64,000 nucleotides of DNA from an uncultured bacterium (GCA_965541585.1 CBEUCH010000007.1:48962-112961), one strand, 5' to 3'; positions 10,343 through 21,069 are shown, counted from the stretch's first letter. Numbers and translations: made by a program. Notes: generated by a model from the sequence alone, not told the origin.

Positions 10343-10903
10343 TTGGCAACCGAGGAGCAAACAATGTGGATTAGGCGATTAATAGCAATAGCAGCACTGC
10401 TGGCCGTAGGATTAGTATTCTCAACCGTCTCCGGTGTCACGGATCCGTCTAAATCAACAGATAAGCCGGAAGGCAAAAAGGAATTTAACTGGCTGAAATT
10501 TGATGAAGGGCTGCAGCAGGCATCGAAAAATGACAAAATGATTTTCGTCGACGTCTACACAAATTGGTGTGGATTTTGTAAGAAGATGGATAGGGAGACG
10601 TTTTCTGATAAGATGATCATGAATTATCTTGACGAGCATTTTGTGCTGGTGAAATTGAACGCCGAGTCAAAAAAGAAAATGGTTTTACCTGACGGTTCTC
10701 TCAGCGGGAGACAAATATCGAGGTCTTTTGCAGTCAGGGGATACCCGACATACGTGTTTCTGAATTCGAATGGCAAGAAATTGTATTCCAGATCGGGTTA
10801 TCAACCGCCAAACAGCTTTATTTATCTTCTTCGATACGTGGCGGAGGGTCACTATGAGTCGAAATCTTTGCGGGAGTACATAACTGAAGTTTCCACCAAC
10901 TGA
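10343..10903 (+). CDS. thioredoxin-fold protein (secreted thiol:disulfide oxidoreductase-like)
   Basis: Signal peptide/TM, then WCGFCKKMD (CxxC active site); GYPTYVF is a thioredoxin-like cis-Pro region. Confidence 0.75.
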   Translation: MATEEQTMWIRRLIAIAALLAVGLVFSTVSGVTDPSKSTDKPEGKKEFNWLKFDEGLQQASKNDKMIFVDVYTNWCGFCKKMDRETFSDKMIMNYLDEHFVLVKLNAESKKKMVLPDGSLSGRQISRSFAVRGYPTYVFLNSNGKKLYSRSGYQPPNSFIYLLRYVAEGHYESKSLREYITEVSTN

Positions 10904-11159
10904 GATGATCAGTGGATAGCTTTTCAATTTTATCCCCGGCAGCCGCTTCCGGCCTCCGGGGAATTTTGTCAGCAGATCAAAAAAACACAGCTCTTTGATA
11001 GCGAACAGGAACGAATTCTCGACAAGAACGTATATCGATTATGCGTTCAGGGATCGTCGCATTTGTATAAAGCTAGCACTTTCCGGGTGATGATATTTCA
11101 ATTGTCTGGGGAACAATGACGATGACTAAAGTGGTTGAATTTTAGGGCGGAATAATATA

Positions 11160-12104
11160 ATGGTAATGATGATGCGAATAATGCCTCTTTTAATTGCGGT
11201 CGCCATTGGCGCTCCTGCCTTTGGCGCTAAGTACTCGGGAGAATTTTTATATCTCGGTGTCGGGGGCAGGCCTCTCTCTCTGGGAGGAGCCTATGCAGCT
11301 GAAAGCGGTGATGTCCTTTCGGGCTACTATAATCCCGCAGGGCTATCCCGGATAAGCCGTCCGGAGGCGGTATTTATGCATTCAGAGACCTTCGGATCAC
11401 TTCTTAACCATGATTTTCTGGCCTATGCTCGCCCATTGAGTTCGGGTAGCACACGGGCCGCTTTCGGGATTTCCTTATACAGGCTTGGCGGCGGTGGGAT
11501 AATCGTAACGGAAGTGGATCAGAACGGCCGCTTCCGGATGATTAGTGAGGAGTCGCATGCCGATTATGTGGGGTATTTTTCCTACGGCCGCATGTTCGGC
11601 AAACGTCTGAGCGCCGGTATTTCCGCAAAATTGTTATACCGGGATATCGTGGACGAATCTGCGGTCGGCATGGGGCTCGATTTTGGGACCATTTATGCCG
11701 TGACGGATTGGGTGGATCTGGGATTGAATCTTCAGGACGTTCCCAGTACGCTCATATCGTATTCAACCGGCATGAAGGAAAGAGTTAATCCGACAGCGAA
11801 AACCGGGGCCAAGCTTCATGGGAAGCGCGGTAGGTTTAAGATGTTAATATTGGCCGATACCGATATACGTTTCGAGGGCCGGGATTTTTCCGCGCAGGCC
11901 TCTGCCGGCCCTGTCTCGTTCGATTTCCATTTCGGATTCGAGGTCCGGTACATGGAGAGGCTTTCTGCACGACTCGGCTCCGATATTGGCAATCTCTCAC
12001 TGGGTGCGGGCCTGCGCTTCAACAGGTTCATAATCGATATCGCCATGCGGGATCATTCCGATCTCGATCACTCGTACCTGGTATCCTTGATATTTCAGAT
12101 GTAG
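11160..12104 (+). CDS. FadL/PorV-like outer-membrane beta-barrel protein (putative)
   Basis: Signal peptide, then SLGGAYAAESGDVLSGYYNPAGL resembling the FadL/OMPP1 N-terminal motif (S.GLGRA.AGE.A.ADD..NPA); alternating hydrophobic beta-strand pattern; C-terminal aromatic residue. Confidence 0.4.
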   Translation: MVMMMRIMPLLIAVAIGAPAFGAKYSGEFLYLGVGGRPLSLGGAYAAESGDVLSGYYNPAGLSRISRPEAVFMHSETFGSLLNHDFLAYARPLSSGSTRAAFGISLYRLGGGGIIVTEVDQNGRFRMISEESHADYVGYFSYGRMFGKRLSAGISAKLLYRDIVDESAVGMGLDFGTIYAVTDWVDLGLNLQDVPSTLISYSTGMKERVNPTAKTGAKLHGKRGRFKMLILADTDIRFEGRDFSAQASAGPVSFDFHFGFEVRYMERLSARLGSDIGNLSLGAGLRFNRFIIDIAMRDHSDLDHSYLVSLIFQM

Positions 12105-12341
12105 CCAGCGATTGATTCTATCAATATATTGCGGCTATCAGGCTGCTGTTAAAGGGTTTTACAGTATTTATCGCGCGATTGCATCGTCGACCGGCATTTT
12201 AGACGGATGAAGACTTATTTTGACGTCTCAATGATCGGGGACAAGCACCCGGGAGAGTTTTATTCCAAAGGGTATTGACAGAGGGAGCGGCTTTTTATAA
12301 TATTCGGGGCCTGATAGGGAAACATATAAAGCGAGGTAAAA

Positions 12342-14105
12342 ATGAGAAGGATCTTATTAGCGCTCTTACCGTTAGTTTCGATTGCCTGCCTTTTTGGATC
12401 GTCAAACCTGATCAACCCCGATGCTCGGATAGCCACTGTGGACGGGCGGTTCATATTATTTGCCAGTCTCGATTCTACAATAAGGGAATTAAAAACAAAC
12501 TCCGATTTTGAAATGTCGAGCGATAGCCTGAAAACATATGCTCTGGATAGTCTGATAGCCAGGGAATTGACTGAGATCCGCATTGATTCGACGATGCGCG
12601 ATATGGAAAAGGAACTGGAATTCCGTCAGAAAAAAAGGGATAATATCGCAGAGACGGCCAAGAAGGTTCTATATCAGAAAGGGGTAGCAGAGCGCATACA
12701 GATAGATTCGGCGACGGTGGTCGAGCATTATGAATCTTACAGTGATGATTTCGTTGAGCGCGAGCAGGTCAAGGCGAGGCACATACTTTTTCGAAGGCTG
12801 GATCCTGATACAGCAGGGGTGAAATCGGAAGGAGAAAAGCTAAAGCTAATAGACGAAATAGATGATTATGCCAGAGAGAGGGCCGAATACGTACTGAATA
12901 AAGCTCTGGCTGGAGAGAGCTGGGATTCTCTTGCCGCGGAGTACTCGGATGATCAATCCAATGCTTCCAAGGGAGGCAGCCTCGGATATTTTTATCGTGG
13001 CCGGATGGTACCTGAATTCGATTCGGTGGCGTTTACCACACCCCCGGGCGAGATAGTGGGGCCGGTATCTACCCAGTTTGGTTACCATATCATAAGAGTG
13101 GATGACTATAGACCTGATCGACGGAAGCCACTCGATGAAGACCTCGAAAACGAGATTCGGAGCCTTCTTAAACGCGAAAAAGAGAAGGATTATGCCAACG
13201 CCTTCGTGGATTCTCTAAAGGCGGCGGCGGTTTACGTATATAACGAGGAGGCACTGGCTGTCGATGATAGTCTTTCGCCGGACACCTGGATGATGGCTGT
13301 AAACTCCAGAGATACGTTGTTCTATAACAGGTATGCGGAGGCTCTTCCGCGATATCTGAAATTTAAACAAATAGAAAATGCGACCGTTGAGGATAAAAAG
13401 GAAATGCTCAACCTTCTCGCGATCAATCTATTGCTGCTGGACGCCGCCAGGATGGCGGGATATCTGGAAGGTGCGGAGGTCACCGAAGCCTCGTACAATT
13501 ATAGCCATAGAGAGGCCAAGAGACGAGTTATGAATCTGCTCAAGGATCCGCAGTACCAGCCAACGGAGGAGGAGATCGAGGCTTATTTCAATGCCCATAT
13601 CGATGACTACAGATATGAACGCCCGCTTCTGGTTCATCATATAATCTTTGAGGATTCATCGCTCGCCGAAACCGTCAGGGACTCGATTCTCGAAGGCGCC
13701 GATTTTGTTGAGATGGCCAGGCGTTATTATCCCGGAGAGCCTGAAATTCGAGAGGTGGCATACAACCTTGATTATATAGGGCCTGAGGATATGGGATCGA
13801 CCTTCTACGAAGCCGCGGCTGGATTGAAGATCGGCCAGATCAGCCATCCGGTTAAGACCGACTGGGGTTATCATATCATAAAGCTCGTAAGCAGGAAAGA
13901 GGACAAGACCTTGAAGCAGGTGAAACCCGGGATCAAGCATAAGCTCAGGCAACGTCGCAATGCCGAGATCGTGGCCCGGTATATAGAGGAGTGGAAGGCC
14001 GCTGCCGAGATAATTGTCGATGAAGAGTTGCTGAAAAAATTCCAGCCGTCCGGGCGCCAAAAAGTGACAACAATAATGCCGGAAATCGAGCAGGCAGGCG
14101 GATGA
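12342..14105 (+). CDS. peptidyl-prolyl cis-trans isomerase, SurA/PpiD-like with two parvulin domains
   Basis: Signal peptide; two parvulin signatures (FGYHIIRVDD and WGYHIIKLV) with SurA-like chaperone segments. Confidence 0.8.
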   Translation: MRRILLALLPLVSIACLFGSSNLINPDARIATVDGRFILFASLDSTIRELKTNSDFEMSSDSLKTYALDSLIARELTEIRIDSTMRDMEKELEFRQKKRDNIAETAKKVLYQKGVAERIQIDSATVVEHYESYSDDFVEREQVKARHILFRRLDPDTAGVKSEGEKLKLIDEIDDYARERAEYVLNKALAGESWDSLAAEYSDDQSNASKGGSLGYFYRGRMVPEFDSVAFTTPPGEIVGPVSTQFGYHIIRVDDYRPDRRKPLDEDLENEIRSLLKREKEKDYANAFVDSLKAAAVYVYNEEALAVDDSLSPDTWMMAVNSRDTLFYNRYAEALPRYLKFKQIENATVEDKKEMLNLLAINLLLLDAARMAGYLEGAEVTEASYNYSHREAKRRVMNLLKDPQYQPTEEEIEAYFNAHIDDYRYERPLLVHHIIFEDSSLAETVRDSILEGADFVEMARRYYPGEPEIREVAYNLDYIGPEDMGSTFYEAAAGLKIGQISHPVKTDWGYHIIKLVSRKEDKTLKQVKPGIKHKLRQRRNAEIVARYIEEWKAAAEIIVDEELLKKFQPSGRQKVTTIMPEIEQAGG

Positions 14106-14292
14106 GAGAACCATACTGCAGCAAAAAGATCAAATAAGCGGGCAGCCTGAAGGATCGGTATCCTCGGCCGATAAACGGCAAGATATCTCCATTACAGGGG
14201 AGATATTAAGAAAGCTTACTCATACCAGTGCGATCTCTATACCAATCGTCTATTACTTTACCGGCCGGCAACTGGCTCTGACGCTTCTGGCT

Positions 14293-14772
14293 GTGGGACT
14301 TGTTTTATTTTTAACCATCGATTTATTGCGATTTTTCGGCCATAGCCGAACCAGAGGTTTCATTTATAATTATTTTGGCCTGATGATAAGGCCTCATGAA
14401 AAAGCGAATTTGACGGGCGCCACCTATATTCTGGCGAGTTCCATCCTGACCATTCTGATCTTTGATAAGCCGATCGCCATTCTGGCGATTGCATTTATCG
14501 TGATAGGCGATTCCGTAGGGGCCATAGTTGGCCGACTCTGGGGCCGAATCAGATACTTCAATAAGACCCTTGAGGGATCGGCGAGTTTCTTTATTGCCTG
14601 TTGTATAGTTGCCCTGCCGGTCCCTGGAATCCCCTGGTGGCTGAAAATCGCGGGCGCTCTTGTTGCCACCGTTACGGAGGCATTTAGCTTCTACGTTGAC
14701 GACAACCTGACCGTCCCACTTATTTCCGGAGCCTTTATGCAACTCATTGTTAGCCAATCGGTTGTATTATAA
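14293..14772 (+). CDS. CTP-dependent kinase / CdsA-superfamily membrane protein (dolichol/phytol-kinase-like); true start probably upstream
   Basis: Multi-TM protein with IGDSVGAIVGRLWG resembling the GD..A..GR.FG motif of the CTP_transf_1 family. The frame is open upstream to 14077 and encodes a continuation of the first TM helix (AISIPIVYYFTGRQLALTLLAVGLV). Confidence 0.45.
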   Translation: MGLVLFLTIDLLRFFGHSRTRGFIYNYFGLMIRPHEKANLTGATYILASSILTILIFDKPIAILAIAFIVIGDSVGAIVGRLWGRIRYFNKTLEGSASFFIACCIVALPVPGIPWWLKIAGALVATVTEAFSFYVDDNLTVPLISGAFMQLIVSQSVVL

Positions 14773-14781
14773 CAAATTCGC

Positions 14782-14810
14782 TTGACTTGGGCAATTATGG
14801 TACATATATT
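14782..14810 (+). promoter_or_regulatory. sigma70-like promoter for cspA (TTGACT-17 nt-TATATT)
   Basis: TTGACT at 14782-14787 and TATATT at 14805-14810 with a 17-nt spacer, 33 nt upstream of the cspA ATG; RBS AATGGAGGG. Confidence 0.4.
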
Positions 14811-14842
14811 GAAAAAAAGGTCTATCCTTAAATGGAGGGTCC

Positions 14843-15049
14843 ATGACGAAAGGTAAGGTTAAGTGGTTTAATGATTTGAAAGGATATGGATTCATAACAT
14901 CAGTAGATGATTTTCAGGACGTTTACGTTCATCACTCCGACATTATGGCCGATGGCTATAAGACGCTCAAAGAGGGTGAAGCGGTGGAATACGAAGTAAC
15001 TCGTTCGCCTGAGGGCCTCAAAGCCAAAAATGTTGTAGTGGTAAAATAG
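14843..15049 (+). CDS. cspA: cold-shock protein (CspA family)
   Basis: 68 aa MTKGKVKWFNDLKGYGFITS...VYVHHSDI with RNP1/RNP2 motifs. Confidence 0.95.
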   Translation: MTKGKVKWFNDLKGYGFITSVDDFQDVYVHHSDIMADGYKTLKEGEAVEYEVTRSPEGLKAKNVVVVK

Positions 15050-15056
15050 CTTCTGG

Positions 15057-15082
15057 CCCGGCCTTTCAGGTCGGGTTTTTTT
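15057..15082 (+). terminator. rho-independent terminator after cspA
   Basis: CCCGGCC-TTTCA-GGTCGGG hairpin (one G:U pair) followed by T7; abuts the ltaE start. Confidence 0.5.
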
Positions 15083-16132
15083 ATGAGGGTTATAGATCTC
15101 AGGTCGGATACTGTTACCAGGCCGTCTCCCGCTATGCGTCGGGCTATAGCGGAGGCAGAGGTCGGTGATGACGTTTTCGGTGACGATCCAACCGTTCAGC
15201 ATCTCGAGGAGAAGACGGCAGCGCTTCTGGGGCATGAGGCGGCTCTATATGTGCCATCGGGTACCATGGCCAATCAGGTGTCGTTACGAATGCTTACCAG
15301 CCCCGGAGATGAAGTTCTCTGCGAGGTTGGCTCACATGTGGTAAACTACGAGGTCGCCGCCGCATCCGCCCTCTCAGGAATCCAGTTGTCTCCAATCGAG
15401 GCTCCCGATGGAATATTGACCCCGGAGCTGTTGGGGCCCAGAATCCGCCCCGAGAATATTCATCATCCTAATACAGCTCTTATTGCCTTGGAAAATACGC
15501 ACAACCGCGCCGGCGGTAAGGTCTACCCGATGGAAATAATCCCGGAAATAAGGGCTCTTGCCGACGAGCACAATCTCAAGTTCTATCTCGATGGCGCCCG
15601 GCTATGGAATGCGGCCTCTTATCATAAGGTTAAACCGTCGGTGATAGCCTCTCAATTCGATGCTGTATCCGTCTGTTTCTCCAAAGGACTGGGCGCGCCT
15701 GTCGGATCTGCGGTAGTGTCATCGAAGGAGATGATCGCCGGAGCACGGCGAATCAGGAAGATGTTCGGCGGCGGGATGAGGCAGGTGGGCATCATTGCCG
15801 CCGGTGCGCTGTACGCCATTGAGCATAACCTGGATAGAATTGCCGATGATCACGTTCGGGCGAGGAAACTGGCATCCAATCTGCAACGATCGCCTCATCT
15901 CGATATAAATCCTGACAATGTTCAGACAAATATCGTTATAATTGGTTTGAAACAGCCGCTATCGCAGGACTCTTTCTGCGGGAGGCTTAAGTCGGAGGGT
16001 GTTCTTCTCGTGCCTTTTGGCCATGCGAGGGTCCGCGCCGTGGCACACCTGGATGTAAATGACGAAGATATTGAACAGGCGTCGGAAATAATTATTGAAA
16101 CCGCCAGATCTATTTCAAAGAGCTCCTCTTAA
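15083..16132 (+). CDS. ltaE: low-specificity L-threonine aldolase
   Basis: MRVIDLRSDTVTRPSPAMRRAIAEAEVGDDVFGDDPTV... is the beta-eliminating lyase/threonine aldolase N-terminus; a PLP-fold Lys region is present. Confidence 0.9.
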   Translation: MRVIDLRSDTVTRPSPAMRRAIAEAEVGDDVFGDDPTVQHLEEKTAALLGHEAALYVPSGTMANQVSLRMLTSPGDEVLCEVGSHVVNYEVAAASALSGIQLSPIEAPDGILTPELLGPRIRPENIHHPNTALIALENTHNRAGGKVYPMEIIPEIRALADEHNLKFYLDGARLWNAASYHKVKPSVIASQFDAVSVCFSKGLGAPVGSAVVSSKEMIAGARRIRKMFGGGMRQVGIIAAGALYAIEHNLDRIADDHVRARKLASNLQRSPHLDINPDNVQTNIVIIGLKQPLSQDSFCGRLKSEGVLLVPFGHARVRAVAHLDVNDEDIEQASEIIIETARSISKSSS

Positions 16133-16174
16133 TCGTCATTCTTTTTTCGCCGATATTATTTAGAAGGGGAATAT

Positions 16175-17665
16175 ATGCTGAGATTTTTTGGAAAAGGTAT
16201 CGGTTCAGGCGTTTCAATATTTGCATCCGTGGCCCTCTGGGCAGTATCCATGATCCTGGTTTTCGACGAAAATTACGCCACATCAGGGTCGGCCGATCTC
16301 AGCGACATTTCCATTGGTAAATCCGGAGTAGACGAATTTCAGACCTGGATGAACATTACCATGGGATCAGATAAAATCGGATACAGCATGCAATCATTAA
16401 CCGACTCACCTCTCGGGTATATTCTAAAAGACTATTCCCTGATAAAACTTCCTATGGGTGGAACCGTAAGAGAGGTATATCTCGATTCCTACTCCGTTCT
16501 AAAGCTCGACTACTCGCTTAAGAATTTTACGTTCGGACTGGTGTCTGGCGATTACACCACAGATATTTTCGGAGAGGTGAGAGACGACAAACTGATAGTC
16601 AGGATACGTTCCAGGAACAGCGAATCTGTAGCATCTTTCGATGCCGGCAAGGGCATATACCTGCCTGCCGTGGTGCCGCTTCTCGCCCGGGCCCGTGGGT
16701 TTCCCGAGGGTGAATTCAGCCTTCCGACTTTCGATCCTTTCTCGCTTATAACCGATGATCTGGATATTCTTATCGGGCAGGCAGAGAATGTCAAAACAGA
16801 ACTTGGCGACGGCCGGGGATACAGGATAACAGTGGGATTTTCGGGCGTCACGAGCTTCATGTGGGTTGATGATGAAGGTCGCGTTCTCAGACAGGAGGAG
16901 ACCGGCGGCATGGCGATGGTACTGACGGATAAAGAGCATGCCCTGGATATGCCTACAGTTTCCGGAACCGGCAAAGATCTGCTGGATGAGCTGGCCGTAC
17001 CCTGTAACGGGATCATACCGGACCCCCGGCATTTGAAATATCTCAAGGTTGAGATTGAGGGAATCGAGCCGGAGTTTTTCGACCTGGAGGATGATTTTCA
17101 GACCGTCGTCTCCCGCGACCCCCTGGTATTGGAGATTCATCCCCAGCGATTAAATCCCTCCGTGCTGGAGGATTCAGCGAACTTCTTGTCGCCACAACTC
17201 TTTTTGCAGGTTGATGACCCGAGAATTGTCACGGCCGCGGAGAAAATAGTCGGGGATGTCAACGATCCATCCGAAAAGGCCGACCTTGTGGGTCGATGGG
17301 TATATGAGAACGTTGTTAAGGATTTGACTGTCTCGATGCCATCGGCTGTGGATGTCCTCGAAGTCAGAAAAGGAGATTGCAACGAGCATACGTCGCTATA
17401 CACCGCCCTGGCCAGGGCCATCGGGCTACCAACAAAAGTCTGCATCGGGATCGTATATAAAGACGGCTATTTTTACTACCATGCCTGGCCGGCAGTCTTT
17501 CTGGGAAGCTGGCTCCCCATAGATCCCACCTTCGGACAAAAGGTTGCCGATGCCGCCCATATAAAGTTGCTTGAGGGAGGTTTCGAAAGGCAAACCGATC
17601 TTATGAGGGTTGTAGGCAAAATTTCTGTTACGGTCCTGGATTTTTCCGGCGGAGAACCGCTATAA
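16175..17665 (+). CDS. transglutaminase-like superfamily protein with N-terminal TM anchor
   Basis: C-terminal RKGDCNEHTSLYTALARAIGLPTKVCIGIVY ... YYHAWPAVFL ... IDPT gives the Cys-His-Asp transglutaminase-like core. Confidence 0.75.
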   Translation: MLRFFGKGIGSGVSIFASVALWAVSMILVFDENYATSGSADLSDISIGKSGVDEFQTWMNITMGSDKIGYSMQSLTDSPLGYILKDYSLIKLPMGGTVREVYLDSYSVLKLDYSLKNFTFGLVSGDYTTDIFGEVRDDKLIVRIRSRNSESVASFDAGKGIYLPAVVPLLARARGFPEGEFSLPTFDPFSLITDDLDILIGQAENVKTELGDGRGYRITVGFSGVTSFMWVDDEGRVLRQEETGGMAMVLTDKEHALDMPTVSGTGKDLLDELAVPCNGIIPDPRHLKYLKVEIEGIEPEFFDLEDDFQTVVSRDPLVLEIHPQRLNPSVLEDSANFLSPQLFLQVDDPRIVTAAEKIVGDVNDPSEKADLVGRWVYENVVKDLTVSMPSAVDVLEVRKGDCNEHTSLYTALARAIGLPTKVCIGIVYKDGYFYYHAWPAVFLGSWLPIDPTFGQKVADAAHIKLLEGGFERQTDLMRVVGKISVTVLDFSGGEPL

Positions 17666-17671
17666 AGAGAT

Positions 17672-18433
17672 ATGATCGATATTTTAAAAGTCACCAAGAG
17701 ATTTGGCAATAAGACTGCGGTCGACGATTTATCTCTTCATGTAAAAGCAGGTGAGTGTTTCGGCTTTCTGGGACCTAATGGGGCCGGCAAGACCACTACC
17801 ATAAAGCTGATGACAGGTCTTCTAAGGCCGGAGAGCGGTACAATCAGGATATGCGGAACCGATATCATCAAGGATCCGGAATCGGCCAAAATGAAGACCG
17901 GCTATGTCCCCGACTCTCCCTACGTTTATGAGAAACTCACCGCCCGGGAGTATCTTGAGTTTACGGGGGGGCTTTATGATATGTCCCCGGAGAGGATCAA
18001 GTCGCAGACGGAATGGCTGTTTGACCTTTTCGGGATGGATGGCTGGGCCGATCATAGATGCGAAGAATATTCGCATGGTATGCGACAGAAGGTGGTCTTC
18101 TGCTCGGCGTTTCTTCACAATCCCGAGGTGCTGATAGTCGATGAGCCCATGGTTGGCCTGGACCCGCAGTCTATGAGACTGGTTAAAGATCTTCTGAAGC
18201 TTTATTTATCCAAAGGGACTGCCATTTTCATGTCCACCCATACATTAACCGTAGCCGAAGAGATGTGCGATAGAATAGGGATTGTCCGCGACGGCAGGCT
18301 AATAGGATTGGGAACACTTGATGAACTCGGGTCTATGGCGGCCGCCGAAGGCGAGAATCTGGAGAGCCTGTTCTTGAAGATGACCGGCGGTTCCAGACAG
18401 GCGAATCTTGCCGCCGGAGCCGATCTTGAATAA
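17672..18433 (+). CDS. ABC transporter ATP-binding protein
   Basis: Walker A GPNGAGKTTTIK, signature YSHGMRQKV, Walker B LIVDEP. Confidence 0.9.
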   Translation: MIDILKVTKRFGNKTAVDDLSLHVKAGECFGFLGPNGAGKTTTIKLMTGLLRPESGTIRICGTDIIKDPESAKMKTGYVPDSPYVYEKLTAREYLEFTGGLYDMSPERIKSQTEWLFDLFGMDGWADHRCEEYSHGMRQKVVFCSAFLHNPEVLIVDEPMVGLDPQSMRLVKDLLKLYLSKGTAIFMSTHTLTVAEEMCDRIGIVRDGRLIGLGTLDELGSMAAAEGENLESLFLKMTGGSRQANLAAGADLE

Positions 18434-20123
18434 GAGTATTCATATAATGCATTATAAAACGGTCTCCGCCAGATCGTTTCTGCGTCATCTCGATTTTGAG
18501 ACTGTAATGAAAATCCTGGTGGGGTTGTTCGTTGTCTCGTGCTTTTTTACAGGGGGTCTGTTCTTCTTTTATAGAATCTTTAGCTACCTCGGCGGTCTTC
18601 GAGACATAGGATTTCTCTTGATGAACAAGCTGGTCTCATTGGGATTCCTGGCAATATTCATGATGCTTGTTATCTCCAATATTGTAACATCGATTTCCAC
18701 GTTGTACCGTTCGCGGGAAACCGCATTTCTGTTGTCGACGCCGACAGCGTATCAGAAGGTTTTCACGGTGAAGTTTATAGATAATATATTCTTCTCTACC
18801 TGGGCGGTGTTGCTCCTGGGGCTGCCCTTGATTCTGGCTTATGGAATGGTTCGAGAATTCGTGCTCTGGGAGTATCTATTCGAGATATTCTGTGTATTAA
18901 TTCCATTCGTGATCATACCGGCCTGTTTAGGCGTCTCGCTTTCGCTGCTGATGTTTCTGGCCTCGAAATACCTGAGCCCGCGCCATATGACAATTATGTT
19001 GGGTTCTCTGATCGTTGTCGGAATAGTCGTATATTTTAAGATAGGGCAGCCGTCATCACTGGCATTCAACGTTATCTCTGACTGGAGAGTATTGAACCGT
19101 TACCTCAGCTCTATGGGAGCGACTTCTTTTGCCTTTTTACCCAGCTTCTGGGTATCGGAGACATTGAGAACCATCGCCTCCGGAAGCAGGCATTCACTTC
19201 TCGTCTATATGCTGGCATTGATCTCGACGACCCTTTTGTTTTTGAATGCCACTTTTAAGTTTGCCGGTAAATATTATTACGAAAGCTGGCTTGCATCTGC
19301 GGGGCATACCGGCAAACATTCCGACGTGAAACAAGTAACAAAACGTGTGTCCAGGTTTTTCCGCCTCCCGAACTGGCTGCCGTCTGATTTTAAAGCCGTC
19401 CTCTCTAAGGATCTGAAGTTGTTTGTCCGCGAGCCGGCTCAATGGGCTCAATTTACAGTCCTGCTGGTCCTGCTGGTTATTTATCTGGTAAATCTTAAAT
19501 ATTTTCCTACCGATGTCGAGGATTCCTACTGGAAAACGTTAATAGGATTTGGCAATTTCGCTTTTTCGGGTTTCATCCTGGCCACCCTTTCGGTCCGATT
19601 CGTTTTCCCCAATATAAGCCTCGAGGGGAAATCGTTCTGGGCCATAACATCGTCGCCCATGCGTCTGAGGAGAGTTTTCTGGGTGAAGTTCTGGGCCGCC
19701 TTTTCGATATTTCTCCTGATCTCGGAAGTGCTGGCATTCGCTTCCAATCTCATGCTCGGTTTGCGCGGAATGCTCATGGCGCTGACGTTTTTCTCCGTAC
19801 TGCTTATGTCCGTATCATTAACCAGTCTATCAGTCGGCCTGGGTGCGATTTTCCCCAGATTCGAGGAGCGGAACCCGGGGAAGATTGCCTCTTCCATGGG
19901 AGGCATGCTGGCCACTATCATAAGCCTGGCATATGTGGGCGTGATGGTTGTTTTCGCGGCGCTTCCGGTAAGCAAATACACTTTGCATAAAATGAATCCC
20001 GTTATACCTTTTCCCACGTTTGAGGTAACGCTCTCGGTTGTGCTGATATTGATTTTAAATTTGACAGCCATCACCGTGCCGCTTAAATTAGGGCTTTCGT
20101 CCATGAGAAAGCGGGACTATTAG
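18408..20123 (+). CDS. ABC-2-type exporter permease-like polytopic membrane protein
   Basis: 571 aa, more than 10 predicted TM helices; the start overlaps the ATPase gene by 26 nt (operonic). Confidence 0.55.
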   Translation: MPPEPILNKSIHIMHYKTVSARSFLRHLDFETVMKILVGLFVVSCFFTGGLFFFYRIFSYLGGLRDIGFLLMNKLVSLGFLAIFMMLVISNIVTSISTLYRSRETAFLLSTPTAYQKVFTVKFIDNIFFSTWAVLLLGLPLILAYGMVREFVLWEYLFEIFCVLIPFVIIPACLGVSLSLLMFLASKYLSPRHMTIMLGSLIVVGIVVYFKIGQPSSLAFNVISDWRVLNRYLSSMGATSFAFLPSFWVSETLRTIASGSRHSLLVYMLALISTTLLFLNATFKFAGKYYYESWLASAGHTGKHSDVKQVTKRVSRFFRLPNWLPSDFKAVLSKDLKLFVREPAQWAQFTVLLVLLVIYLVNLKYFPTDVEDSYWKTLIGFGNFAFSGFILATLSVRFVFPNISLEGKSFWAITSSPMRLRRVFWVKFWAAFSIFLLISEVLAFASNLMLGLRGMLMALTFFSVLLMSVSLTSLSVGLGAIFPRFEERNPGKIASSMGGMLATIISLAYVGVMVVFAALPVSKYTLHKMNPVIPFPTFEVTLSVVLILILNLTAITVPLKLGLSSMRKRDY

Positions 20124-20145
20124 AGGAAGTCCCCGGGAGAATGGA

Positions 20146-21069
20146 ATGAAGATTCTGGTTACGGGGGGCGCGGGTTTTATAGGCTCTAATCTTGCCTCGG
20201 CCCTGGTTGACGCCGATCATAATGTGGTTATTATCGATGATCTTTCCACAGGTAAACCCGAAAACGTACCGCCGAAAGCCGGGTTTCATGAAATGGATAT
20301 ATCCTCTCCTGTTGTGGATAAGATTTTTGAGAGGGAGAAATTCGATGTCGTCTTTCATCTGGCCGCGCAGATGGATGTTCGAAGATCGGTGGAAAATCCC
20401 GGGAATGATGCCGAGATCAATATCCTGGGAGGGATAAACCTTCTTCAATCGTCGGTGAGGCACGAGATCAAAAAGTTCATATTCTCCTCCACGGGCGGCG
20501 CTATATATGGAGAGCAGGATTACTTTCCCGCCGATGAGAAGCACCCCCTAAATCCCGTCAGCCCTTACGGTATTTCAAAGCTGGCTTTCGAGAAATACCT
20601 TTATTTTTACAACATCCAGCATGGATTACCCTATGTGGCCCTGCGGTACGCCAACGTTTACGGCCCCAGGCAGAACAGCCACGGCGAAGCCGGGGTTGTG
20701 GCTATATTTTGCGAAAGGCTCTTAAGAGGTAATAAAGCAGTCGTTTATGGCGACGGTCTCCAGACACGGGATTTTGTCTACGTCGCAGATGTGGTCAAGG
20801 CAAATCTTTTGGCGTTGGATTACGACCGATCCGATCTGTTCAACGTCGGCGCGGGAACCGAGATCGATATAAATACCATATTCGAGAAAATCAAGGCCGC
20901 CACCGGCTCAGATCAGGAGAGGATCAATGAGGCGGCCATGCCGGGCGAGCAGAGACGAAGCTGTATCGCCTATGAGAAGATCGACGGGCAAATGGGATGG
21001 TCGCCGGGCGTCGGGCTCGATGACGGCATCGAAAAAACGGTTGCCTTCTTCAGATCGAAGCTCAAGTGA
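20146..21069 (+). CDS. NAD-dependent epimerase/dehydratase (UDP-glucose 4-epimerase-like)
   Basis: MKILVTGGAGFIGSN (GxxGxxG) and a YxxxK catalytic dyad region (YGISKLAFEKY). Confidence 0.85.
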   Translation: MKILVTGGAGFIGSNLASALVDADHNVVIIDDLSTGKPENVPPKAGFHEMDISSPVVDKIFEREKFDVVFHLAAQMDVRRSVENPGNDAEINILGGINLLQSSVRHEIKKFIFSSTGGAIYGEQDYFPADEKHPLNPVSPYGISKLAFEKYLYFYNIQHGLPYVALRYANVYGPRQNSHGEAGVVAIFCERLLRGNKAVVYGDGLQTRDFVYVADVVKANLLALDYDRSDLFNVGAGTEIDINTIFEKIKAATGSDQERINEAAMPGEQRRSCIAYEKIDGQMGWSPGVGLDDGIEKTVAFFRSKLK

